Origin: a virus
Length of the DNA: 64,000 nt
Strand: one strand, 5' to 3'
Virus record (IMG/VR): IMGVR_UViG_3300031972_002446
Coordinates: 64,001 to 128,000 of that record
This document shows, piece after piece, positions 7,794-15,334 of the stretch; position 1 is the first letter of the stretch; every line of letters starts with the position of its first letter. The position numbers and the translations under genes were made by a program. A model generated the notes under the pieces. The model was not told where the DNA came from, made no database searches, and saw only the letters and a program-made list of their open reading frames with translations.

Positions 7794-8566
7794 GCTGCTA
7801 CCTCCTCTTTTTTTAGAATTTTTAGTGCGTTTGCTGCTTCGCTACCCTTGGGCTGGACTCCATGAATTAGTAGGGCAAAATCCTGATTTGCTTTGGTTGG
7901 ATCGCAGGCATGGCTGTCGTCATTATCAATCTCCAAACCTAAATCGGCGGCTTCTTGTTTTGAGAATACTACCTTTGCAGATCGTAAACCGTGTTCTGCG
8001 ATTAGATGATCATCACGACCACCGTACGATGCAGTCAGAACCAGATTAGTCGGTACAAGGTCACGACTACGAACCCAATAGGTCAGAGACTTTGTGTAGG
8101 CGTAAAATAAAACATCGGGGTTACGCTCTGCGACTTTGATCCATGCCATGAAATACTTGTGACTAAACATATCACCAGACACATGAATACGAATGATTCG
8201 AGCATCCTTGGGTAACGCTGCACACAATCCGTCTGCCATAGCGTCACTTGTCTCCAGACTATGTATAGCGTCGTGATTGCGTTTGCGACTTTTGTAGGTG
8301 TTGGTGAATAATACTTCTTGACTAGCAGAGAAGCAACGGAATTTGGTATGAGGGCCGTCCTTGATTCTGCGACTACCGTCTGCCTGCTCTTCGGCTTGAG
8401 ACTTGCAGTTATAGGCGAAAGGACAGTCTACTCCCGATAATATATCGAAAGAATAAACTTTGGCAGTAGACCGTCCTATCTTATGACCCAACCACCGCTT
8501 GAGCACAGTTGTTGCGAGTTTGTATAGTTTCTTGAGTTTTGTATTCGCTGTTGAGAATTTTAGCAT
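7790..8566 (-). CDS. Gene product 88 (GP88)-like protein
   Basis: N.KL start, Cys motif CP.A..C...C, RIHVSGD, FYAYTK, P.NLVLTAS.GG. Confidence 0.75.
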   Translation of the reverse strand: MLKFSTANTKLKKLYKLATTVLKRWLGHKIGRSTAKVYSFDILSGVDCPFAYNCKSQAEEQADGSRRIKDGPHTKFRCFSASQEVLFTNTYKSRKRNHDAIHSLETSDAMADGLCAALPKDARIIRIHVSGDMFSHKYFMAWIKVAERNPDVLFYAYTKSLTYWVRSRDLVPTNLVLTASYGGRDDHLIAEHGLRSAKVVFSKQEAADLGLEIDNDDSHACDPTKANQDFALLIHGVQPKGSEAANALKILKKEEVAA

Positions 8567-8593
8567 GTCGTTGTCTCCTGTGGTTATCTCTCA

Positions 8594-8634
8594 AGTATAT
8601 CATAGTATCGTCTGGTGTCAACTAAAAACTATAG
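8594..8634 (-). promoter_or_regulatory. nested sigma70 + sigma28-like promoter
   Basis: CTATAGtttttagTTGACAccagaCGATActatgaTATACT. Confidence 0.75.
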
Positions 8635-8642
8635 AAAAAATA

Positions 8643-8674
8643 AAAATAATTTTTGGCATATCGCGTGCGGGCTG
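8643..8674 (+). repeat. ~32-bp exact direct repeat (second copy ~9588-9619) carrying a sigma54-like site and GC box
   Basis: aaaataatttttggcatatcgcgtgcgggctg occurs twice. Confidence 0.85.
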
Positions 8675-8769
8675 AAATTTAATATTTTTGTGTTGATTCC
8701 GGCCTGCTCCTAAATCATTGCAGAGCAACAACTTAGGGCAGGTACCGGAACACACCACGAAGAGAGTCG

Positions 8770-9153
8770 TTATGCTACTGCCCAGCCAAACAATGGCTTC
8801 CGGCAATTCTTTACACGCTCACAGTAGAACTGTCTAATAGCACCATCATGAGTTTCACATGTTACAATGTGATGAGTACGCTTGAAGTCTGGATCGTTCC
8901 TACGATAAGTAGAAGATCGATTCATCTTCTCGATAGCACTGTTAGAAAACTTATGAGGCTCTTCGACAACCTTAGCCAATACTCGCTTAGGATCACCATG
9001 CAGTGGCTGCATGTATTCAAAGTTATAAACTTCACCGACCTTAGCATCGCAGAGACTAGCCTGACGACCACCGTAAACAGAGTAAACTCCGAACAAAACA
9101 AGTGCTACAGCGATTCCACCAATGACACTTGCCATCAAAATCAAATTATCCAT
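8770..9153 (-). CDS. membrane-anchored hypothetical protein
   Basis: N-terminal TM helix; GGAGG RBS; sigma70 promoter at ~9190-9218. Confidence 0.65.
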   Translation of the reverse strand: MDNLILMASVIGGIAVALVLFGVYSVYGGRQASLCDAKVGEVYNFEYMQPLHGDPKRVLAKVVEEPHKFSNSAIEKMNRSSTYRRNDPDFKRTHHIVTCETHDGAIRQFYCERVKNCRKPLFGWAVA

Positions 9154-9213
9154 TTTTTTTCCTCCAAAGTGTGAAAAAACCTAAAACCATTTTACCATAT
9201 GCTCAACACCATG

Positions 9214-9516
9214 TCAAGCATAAACTCTCATACCTTCCTGAAAAGGTGTTCCGTGACTAGTGAACCATTCCCAATTTTTCTGGAATACGGACACTGGACT
9301 ATATTTGTTGATTCGTTTTTTTGTGGTTGGACTTTTCCATCCACCATGCCTCAGTGTAGCAGAATCATCATCATGAATCACTACAATATCTGTACTGAAA
9401 TGTTGAATCGCTACGCTACCACTCGGTAAAATTCTTGCTGTAGTATTGTTTCCCACCTTGCGTTGCATTCTGTTATTCTTGCCCAAAACTAATTGTGTTG
9501 CTTCTGCGTGTGTCAT
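9214..9516 (-). CDS. conserved phage hypothetical protein
   Basis: AGGAG RBS; TL..GGW.SPTTK.RIN motif. Confidence 0.7.
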   Translation of the reverse strand: MTHAEATQLVLGKNNRMQRKVGNNTTARILPSGSVAIQHFSTDIVVIHDDDSATLRHGGWKSPTTKKRINKYSPVSVFQKNWEWFTSHGTPFQEGMRVYA

Positions 9517-9539
9517 AAGTATTTTCTCCTTACTTGTTA

Positions 9540-9575
9540 TATCGTCAATTATACAGGCTCAACTTTAGTTGTCAA
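9540..9575 (-). promoter_or_regulatory. nested promoter with sigma70 shifted upstream of the sigma28-like element
   Basis: TTGACAaCTAAAGttgagcctgTATAATtgaCGATA. Confidence 0.8.
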
Positions 9576-9630
9576 TACAAAAAAAAGAAAATAATTTTTG
9601 GCATATCGCGTGCGGGCTGGTTTGATGATT

Positions 9631-10014
9631 TTATGGATCAATTGGTGATGGTCTCGTAACATCAAATGGTTCGTGTGGATTATAAGCAGTCATATATTTT
9701 AACCATCCTGCTGTTAATAAATCGTACTTGTATTTCAAAGACCATATATTATTGCTATCATCTATTTCTGTGAGACTCTTTGCTAAATCATCATCGCCCA
9801 CATGCGTGATTAAACAATAGTCTTTTATATACCAATAAAATACAATAGTCTCATCTTTTGCAAATGCTGGTAGATAACGCTCCATATTTTCTCTATGTAG
9901 ATCATACAGATCATAAACCATTATAACATCACTATAACTATCCACACATAGATCTTTTATATCTTCAGTATAAGGCCCGAAAGTCATACATAAAGACAAT
10001 ACTAAATTTATCAT
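9631..10014 (-). CDS. hypothetical protein, possible signal peptide
   Basis: ORF on the dominant strand. Confidence 0.5.
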   Translation of the reverse strand: MINLVLSLCMTFGPYTEDIKDLCVDSYSDVIMVYDLYDLHRENMERYLPAFAKDETIVFYWYIKDYCLITHVGDDDLAKSLTEIDDSNNIWSLKYKYDLLTAGWLKYMTAYNPHEPFDVTRPSPIDP

Positions 10015-10029
10015 TTTACTTTCCTTTTT

Positions 10030-10623
10030 CTAAATAGATAGCACAACCTGATCATCCTGCATTAAATTACGTTCTAGCATCCTATCTAAAATTGTATCCA
10101 TTAATCTACCATAATCATATGTTGCCTCTTCTGGAAAGTCAATACCCTCTGATGGATTAACAATAAAATCTAACTTTTCATGTGGAATAGATGCTGTAAT
10201 CTTATCGCCGCTATGCTCAAAATACTGATAAATATTTTCATAACTACCTACAGCAATCGAATATGGTGCAGAAGTTTGGGTGAGTATGATATAATCAAAC
10301 ATTTTTTCCATAGTGTAGTTTTTACCTAATTTGTTAGCAATCGTTATAGCATTGGTTTTACCAGTACGTTTCTGAAACATTTTTTGCTGAGATTTACCAG
10401 ATACTCGCTGTTTACAAAAAGTCCAATCATATCCGACCTCATCTACATATTCCAGATACGGAAAGACTTTTGAATATTTTTTATCAATCAGTTTAGCCTT
10501 CATAAATCTGTGACCAGAATCATTTAAGCTGGCTCCGATATTGTGGCACTGTTTGAGTAATTCATGACAGCTATTAGGGCTATTAGTTAAATAAGCTGAG
10601 AGTAAGTTGCTTACAGTTTTCAT
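10030..10623 (-). CDS. hypothetical protein, possibly PD-(D/E)xK nuclease-like
   Basis: own promoter; GYD...SGK and FDYIIL segments resemble the restriction-endonuclease core (weak). Confidence 0.45.
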   Translation of the reverse strand: MKTVSNLLSAYLTNSPNSCHELLKQCHNIGASLNDSGHRFMKAKLIDKKYSKVFPYLEYVDEVGYDWTFCKQRVSGKSQQKMFQKRTGKTNAITIANKLGKNYTMEKMFDYIILTQTSAPYSIAVGSYENIYQYFEHSGDKITASIPHEKLDFIVNPSEGIDFPEEATYDYGRLMDTILDRMLERNLMQDDQVVLSI

Positions 10624-10647
10624 AGTGTTGTCCTTTCGTGTACTACC

Positions 10648-10690
10648 ATCCTACCATAATATTATCGGCTTGTCAAGCTAAAAACTTTAG
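10648..10690 (-). promoter_or_regulatory. nested sigma70 + sigma28-like promoter (best FliA-consensus match)
   Basis: CTAAAGTTTttagcTTGACAaGCCGATAAtattatggTAGGAT. Confidence 0.85.
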
Positions 10691-10816
10691 ATAATCAGCC
10701 CGGCCGGGTTTGGTAGAAAAAACCGCCTCGCCCCATGAAACAATATCAGGATAGGTCTTACAGGCGGTTTGTTTTTGTTCTACTGATTATCAGTGGTTAC
10801 ATTGAACTGAGCAATT

Positions 10817-11017
10817 TCACCTTTTCCTTCCTGTAGCGACACGATAAGCATCGACATAACTCCCAAAACCATCGCTACTATCATTATCTTTATCGCTTTC
10901 CTTTGCTTCTCGTTCATATTCGCTCTCCTTAGCGTCTAACATATCTCTGAGATACCAGCACAACAACGTGCCGCATACATATCCTATCGTCAAACTAGCA
11001 GGGTCAAGTTGAATCAT
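10817..11017 (-). CDS. small membrane protein
   Basis: GGA RBS; TM-like ASLTIGYVCGTLLCWYL. Confidence 0.45.
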   Translation of the reverse strand: MIQLDPASLTIGYVCGTLLCWYLRDMLDAKESEYEREAKESDKDNDSSDGFGSYVDAYRVATGRKR

Positions 11018-11025
11018 GTTTATTA

Positions 11026-11253
11026 TCATCCTGTGTACTCCTCAAAAGTAAAACTTTCAACACCCCTACGATACTGTTGCTCTACAATACCTGAAATTGC
11101 AACTAAATTTTCATGTCGATCCTCTGGTGTACTTAGATCAATTTTAGGTACTGCTACCATTATCGTCAAATTATCTTGCTCCTCTCCAGTAATTTCGTCA
11201 ACAATATTTTTGCAGTCGTAATACCGAAAATTTGGATCCATAGCGTTATTCAT
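11026..11253 (-). CDS. hypothetical protein
   Basis: ORF in an operon-like chain. Confidence 0.5.
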   Translation of the reverse strand: MNNAMDPNFRYYDCKNIVDEITGEEQDNLTIMVAVPKIDLSTPEDRHENLVAISGIVEQQYRRGVESFTFEEYTG

Positions 11254-11435
11254 TTTTCATCCCTATATCTTTTTAGTAATTCCTTAGCACCTGATCGAAC
11301 AATACTTTCCCAATCGTTTACATCGTCCAAGTCTCCTCTCAACTTTGCTTTGGGAATCTCATCTCCTGCCCAACGAACCCACATCTGAATATCTTCCGTT
11401 GCAAACTCATCAAAGTAGTATTTCATAGTAGTAGT

Positions 11436-11651
11436 TTAACCCCAATCCTCTGGATAGTCAATAGTGTTCATATACATATCCCCAATATAATCGTCACCAC
11501 TGTATAAGTCGTGGTATTCTTCCTGTAGGGTAGGCTGTCCGTCATCATCCCTATCATAGATGTCGTACTGATCATCCTCCATCATGTCGTGGGTGTCAAG
11601 ACCATCAACAACGTCTTCATCTGAACGATAAATGTTTTCAGCAGGTGTCAT
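11436..11651 (-). CDS. highly acidic small protein (possible DNA mimic)
   Basis: very Asp/Glu-rich, DGQPTLQEEYHD motif; own promoter and GGAG RBS. Confidence 0.6.
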   Translation of the reverse strand: MTPAENIYRSDEDVVDGLDTHDMMEDDQYDIYDRDDDGQPTLQEEYHDLYSGDDYIGDMYMNTIDYPEDWG

Positions 11652-11683
11652 AATCAAGTCTCCAATGGGTTAGTGATATTCCA

Positions 11684-11724
11684 AGTATACAGTTATTATC
11701 GGCGTTGTCAAGCATAATCTTTAC
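11684..11724 (-). promoter_or_regulatory. nested sigma70 + sigma28-like promoter
   Basis: GTAAAGattatgcTTGACAacGCCGATAAtaactgTATACT. Confidence 0.8.
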
Positions 11725-11941
11725 TTTTTTTGGAATTCGCTGGCTGTCGTGCTATGACAAGTGACGCCGAAGGCTTAGCTGAGACGAAGGGTGATATTTT
11801 TATATTGAATTTTCTAACAAAATCCGGCGGGCCTAATTATGTTATTTTATTTTAAAAACCATTTTAGTAAACATATAAGCAAACAACAATACGTACCCCA
11901 TCGAAACGATAGGACCGTATTGCCGAATGAATGGAACCAAG

Positions 11942-12205
11942 TCAAGCCACGGCTGCATCATCTTCTTCTACCTCGTCGTCTTCTACATCTTCAGCAAAAC
12001 ATGCGGCGTCTATCTCGTCTATATCTAAGTTGCTATCGTTCCATGCTACATGGTCAGGAGTTTCCAGTGAATCCAATTCCCGCATAGTACCAACAAACTC
12101 ATCATAATTAGCACAAGACATGCTGAGATTGTAGAGCCCTTCATCATTCGAAATCCACAAGCAAACATTCCACGTTTCATAGTTTTTATATCCGTTGTAA
12201 CTCAT
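11942..12205 (-). CDS. conserved phage protein (YNG..NYETWNV.LW..NDE family)
   Basis: YNGYKNYETWNVCLWISNDEGLY and TPD motifs; GAGG RBS. Confidence 0.75.
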   Translation of the reverse strand: MSYNGYKNYETWNVCLWISNDEGLYNLSMSCANYDEFVGTMRELDSLETPDHVAWNDSNLDIDEIDAACFAEDVEDDEVEEDDAAVA

Positions 12206-12310
12206 GAGAACCTCTCAAGTAAAATCATTGAAACAGCAACCACTAAGAAAAGTATAACACACATTCCATCAGCGTCAAATCCTTTTTTCATCTTTAACTC
12301 CTTATTGTTA

Positions 12311-12346
12311 TATCGACATTATACATGGTACAACTTTAGTTGTCAA
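12311..12346 (-). promoter_or_regulatory. nested promoter with sigma70 shifted upstream
   Basis: TTGACAaCTAAAGttgtaccatgTATAATgtCGATA. Confidence 0.8.
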
Positions 12347-12395
12347 TAGATAAAATTTAAATATTTTCAGCCCGCACTCCCTGTGCCTAATTTCT

Positions 12396-12647
12396 TCACG
12401 TTACTTTATATCCCCATCGTTTCATCGCATCTACTGTACATGCGTGCATGTTAGTATCAAATGTTAATATACCTCCTACCGTTTCGGTATTTTCCGTTTC
12501 CCATCCATCACCATAGTCCTGCCTGTACTTGCACCATTCGATTCCTTCATAAGTGTACATACTTACAACCTTCCGAAGCCATCCGTGTCCCTTTTTTCTT
12601 TCCCATACACTTCCGGCTTCGACTGTAATTATTTTTCTATTACTCAT
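12396..12647 (-). CDS. hypothetical protein
   Basis: ORF coupled to the upstream gene. Confidence 0.5.
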   Translation of the reverse strand: MSNRKIITVEAGSVWERKKGHGWLRKVVSMYTYEGIEWCKYRQDYGDGWETENTETVGGILTFDTNMHACTVDAMKRWGYKVT

Positions 12648-12990
12648 TGTAAGCATACTCCCCTGTGTTATAGTTTCTTATCTGCTGTAGTATATCCGCT
12701 ACCTCGAAAAAGTCACGCCATCCAATCACATCTACACAGCCAAGGTCTTTATTGATCTGCGTGTCGTAAATCAGTTCGCTTGTTATCTCTGGATCGGTTC
12801 CGAGAGGATACTTGAGAATAGCGACCTCAAAGTATCCAGCGTGACCGCCATAAGTACCACTGTGACATGCGACACTAGCACCAAGACCATTAGAGAAATA
12901 GTAACGCTTAACATATCGACCTTCTTTGTGTGCGGCTGCTTCGAACCGTGTTTCGTTTAGCTTCAGTGGGTTTACTTTGCAAGTTTTCAT
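12640..12990 (-). CDS. conserved phage hypothetical protein
   Basis: F.NG.GASV...YGG..G.FEVAIL...DVIGW motif; GAGG RBS before MKTCKV. Confidence 0.65.
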   Translation of the reverse strand: MKTCKVNPLKLNETRFEAAAHKEGRYVKRYYFSNGLGASVACHSGTYGGHAGYFEVAILKYPLGTDPEITSELIYDTQINKDLGCVDVIGWRDFFEVADILQQIRNYNTGEYAYNE

Positions 12991-13158
12991 TTTATTCCTC
13001 AATGTGTGAAAGTCTGAAAGGTATCATAACATGTTGGGCTACCTTTTGTCTAGCCTCAGTTTCTGACATCGCCCCAACTTCTCCGATTCTATTTCCTTGG
13101 GTATCATAGACAACCCAAACATTTTTTCTAACTTCTGGCATGATGCAATTATTGTTAC

Positions 13159-13323
13159 TCATCGACTAACCTCGTATTCTTCTGTGATAATTTCTGTATG
13201 CTCTCCACACGCTGGGCAGATGTCTGAGCAGTTGTCTGAAACATACTCACCACAGCAATCTGTGATATACATTGTAGTTACTTGGAATAATTCTTCAACT
13301 TGTTTTTTATCAAATGTTTTCAT
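13159..13323 (-). CDS. small Zn-ribbon protein (54 aa, not in ORF track)
   Basis: TDCCG...DICPACGEH; lies directly downstream of promoter 13361-13401. Confidence 0.65.
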   Translation of the reverse strand: MKTFDKKQVEELFQVTTMYITDCCGEYVSDNCSDICPACGEHTEIITEEYEVSR

Positions 13324-13360
13324 TTTCTTTTCTTTCTAATCTGTTACTTGTTATATCCTA

Positions 13361-13401
13361 AGTATATATACTATATCGGAATTTGTCAAGCATTAATTTA
13401 G
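13361..13401 (-). promoter_or_regulatory. nested sigma70 + sigma28-like promoter
   Basis: CTAAATtaatgcTTGACAaattcCGATAtagtataTATACT. Confidence 0.75.
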
Positions 13402-13425
13402 AAATATTTTTATTATTTTTCTGTG

Positions 13426-13472
13426 TGCAAATATCATGCCAAAAATTTTTTTTGTTTGGCACATCGTTTGCT
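13426..13472. promoter_or_regulatory. back-to-back pair of sigma54 (-24/-12) consensus sites
   Basis: minus TGGCATGATATTTGCA (13426-13441) and plus TGGCACATCGTTTGCT (13457-13472). Confidence 0.65.
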
Positions 13473-14046
13473 GTAAGTTTTTTATCGTAACGCGGCCCGG
13501 CTCGTTACGTGATTTTAATAAGCCTCTTCGGGTGTCCAATATATTTCTTCAAACAAGTCCACACCAGTTACGTCACACCAATCAAGAGGGTGTGAGTTGT
13601 TCTCGTCACAAGGCTCAACACAACCTTCCGATTCCAGGGCAGCAATTAAAAGTTGCATATCGATGTTAAACATATCAGTTCTCCGTGGTAAGTGTTATAT
13701 GTCAAGTATATACATACTATATTTATTGTCAAGTACAATCTTTATTTTTTTTCGTAGATTGTATCAAGATAAATTTCATCAGCAGTCATAACATATCCGT
13801 ACTCACAATTAGGGGTATACACCCCAAAATATACCTTACCATTATCATACCCTTCGAACCCTACCATGATTCCAAATATAGTGTAGATTGTCAACATTGT
13901 TTTTCTCCGTGGGTTATTCTTTCCTATACTTTATATATCGACAACATACAGTAGAAACTTAACAGAAATTTTATTTATTTATTTATTATTTTTTTAACCA
14001 AACCCGGCGGCACTCTTTGTGCCAAAAATCTAATAATCTACCATAT

Positions 14047-14370
14047 TTATTCTTCTATAAAGGGTGATTCCTCACGATCCTGTAAAAATTCATACTGACT
14101 CTTTAATGCCTCGACACGTTCAGCACTTCCCGGTTTACCTATAGGTTTAGACATATGATCCACACCACCAACTACGCGAGGGTTTGCCTTTGTATGTCGT
14201 TTTCTGAAATGTTTACGACTAAACTTGACTACCTTTTCACCATCAATAGTACCTCCATCAGCAGCAGACTTCTGACAAGGGATAGCAATTCCCTGCCAAA
14301 TATTTTCACATTCGTCCCAAGCGTCTGATAAGATTTGATACTTTTTCATTAATTTTTCTGTACTACTCAT
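14047..14370 (-). CDS. hypothetical protein
   Basis: ORF coupled to the upstream gene; C-terminal PGS.ERV.AL..QY...E.PF. Confidence 0.6.
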   Translation of the reverse strand: MSSTEKLMKKYQILSDAWDECENIWQGIAIPCQKSAADGGTIDGEKVVKFSRKHFRKRHTKANPRVVGGVDHMSKPIGKPGSAERVEALKSQYEFLQDREESPFIEE

Positions 14371-14599
14371 TATAAAAATTCCTACAGTAAAGTATATTCT
14401 GTGCTACTCTAATTCCCTCGTAATCTTCTGGTCGACATTCTTGACAAGCCACCAAATAGCATTGTAATTTAGGCGTGTCAAATTTGTCAAGTACTTTGTA
14501 AAGGTACTCATATAAAGATGTTGATTTGTATTCATTCATTTTTTGCATCATCCTCAAATATAGGGTCGCCGTATTCATCGACTGGTATTCCGTCTTCAT
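14363..14599 (-). CDS. hypothetical protein, probably leaderless
   Basis: TTGACG-N16-TATATT promoter a few nt upstream of the ATG. Confidence 0.5.
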   Translation of the reverse strand: MKTEYQSMNTATLYLRMMQKMNEYKSTSLYEYLYKVLDKFDTPKLQCYLVACQECRPEDYEGIRVAQNILYCRNFYNE

Positions 14600-14726
14600 T
14601 CATAAATATATCACCATTTCGCAGACCGTCAATAGTGATTTCTAATTTTTCTTGCTCACTAAACATATAGCACCTTTTAATATTTTTTCAAAGTGTACCA
14701 AAATTTTTCCGTCTATGCAATCCGCT

Positions 14727-14915
14727 TTATGCGGCCCCGTAAAAATCGAGACCAGCCTGAAAGTGTACCGCTTCAGAATCATCATAATCGATTCTATCTT
14801 CGATAACTTCGCAATGCTCAAGGCACGTTGGGCAAAGATCGGCATCGGAGTGAACCGAAGCACCACAGCAATCAGAGGAGTAAACTATTTCGAAATTTTT
14901 TGAAGTGTTTAACAT
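14727..14915 (-). CDS. small Zn-ribbon protein (probable start MLNTSK)
   Basis: SDCCG...DLCPTCLEHC; AAGGA RBS; promoter at 14950-14985. Confidence 0.65.
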   Translation of the reverse strand: MLNTSKNFEIVYSSDCCGASVHSDADLCPTCLEHCEVIEDRIDYDDSEAVHFQAGLDFYGAA

Positions 14916-14949
14916 TTTTTTTATCCTTTGTTTAATGTTCTTTTTAGTA

Positions 14950-14985
14950 TATCGGAATTTTAACATACTAAACTTTAATTTGCAA
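14950..14985 (-). promoter_or_regulatory. nested sigma70 + sigma28-like promoter
   Basis: TTGCAAaTTAAAGtttagtatgtTAAAATtcCGATA. Confidence 0.65.
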
Positions 14986-15334
14986 GAAGAATTTTTTTCC
15001 TCTTTATAGTTTATATATAGTGCAAGTATCATGCCATTCGGATAAAATTTTTTTGCCTATACTTGTATACTTTTTAGATTGTCATTATGGCATAATTCAC
15101 ATTCTTGTAACATGATTTGTCATGTTATTGTGAATAGTACGTAAAACCCGTTAAATACGTGTCACATTATTGTGAACATGATTCATACGTACGTTACAGT
15201 CAGCATGGGGGGTTTTTTTGTTTTGTTATGATAATGAGAATCAGTATCAATAAGCCGGGGGTCATCCAAACATAATAAGGGCTATAAAATATAAAATGTA
15301 ATAGCTAAACCTTTCGCTTAGACCCTAAGTCCCT

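Noticed and set aside
214-11787. 48-bp repeats as a CRISPR array or integron attC sites
   Set aside because: Copies are hundreds to thousands of bp apart and divergent; there are no regular spacers, no RYYYAAC/GTTRRRY box pairs, and no cas or integrase gene in the window
831-14903. Plus-strand ORFs in the early region (e.g. 831..1124, 2092..2310, 5611..5913, 8848..9174, 13436..13954, 14652..14903)
   Set aside because: Antisense shadows of better minus-strand genes or RNAs; no RBS or recognisable motifs
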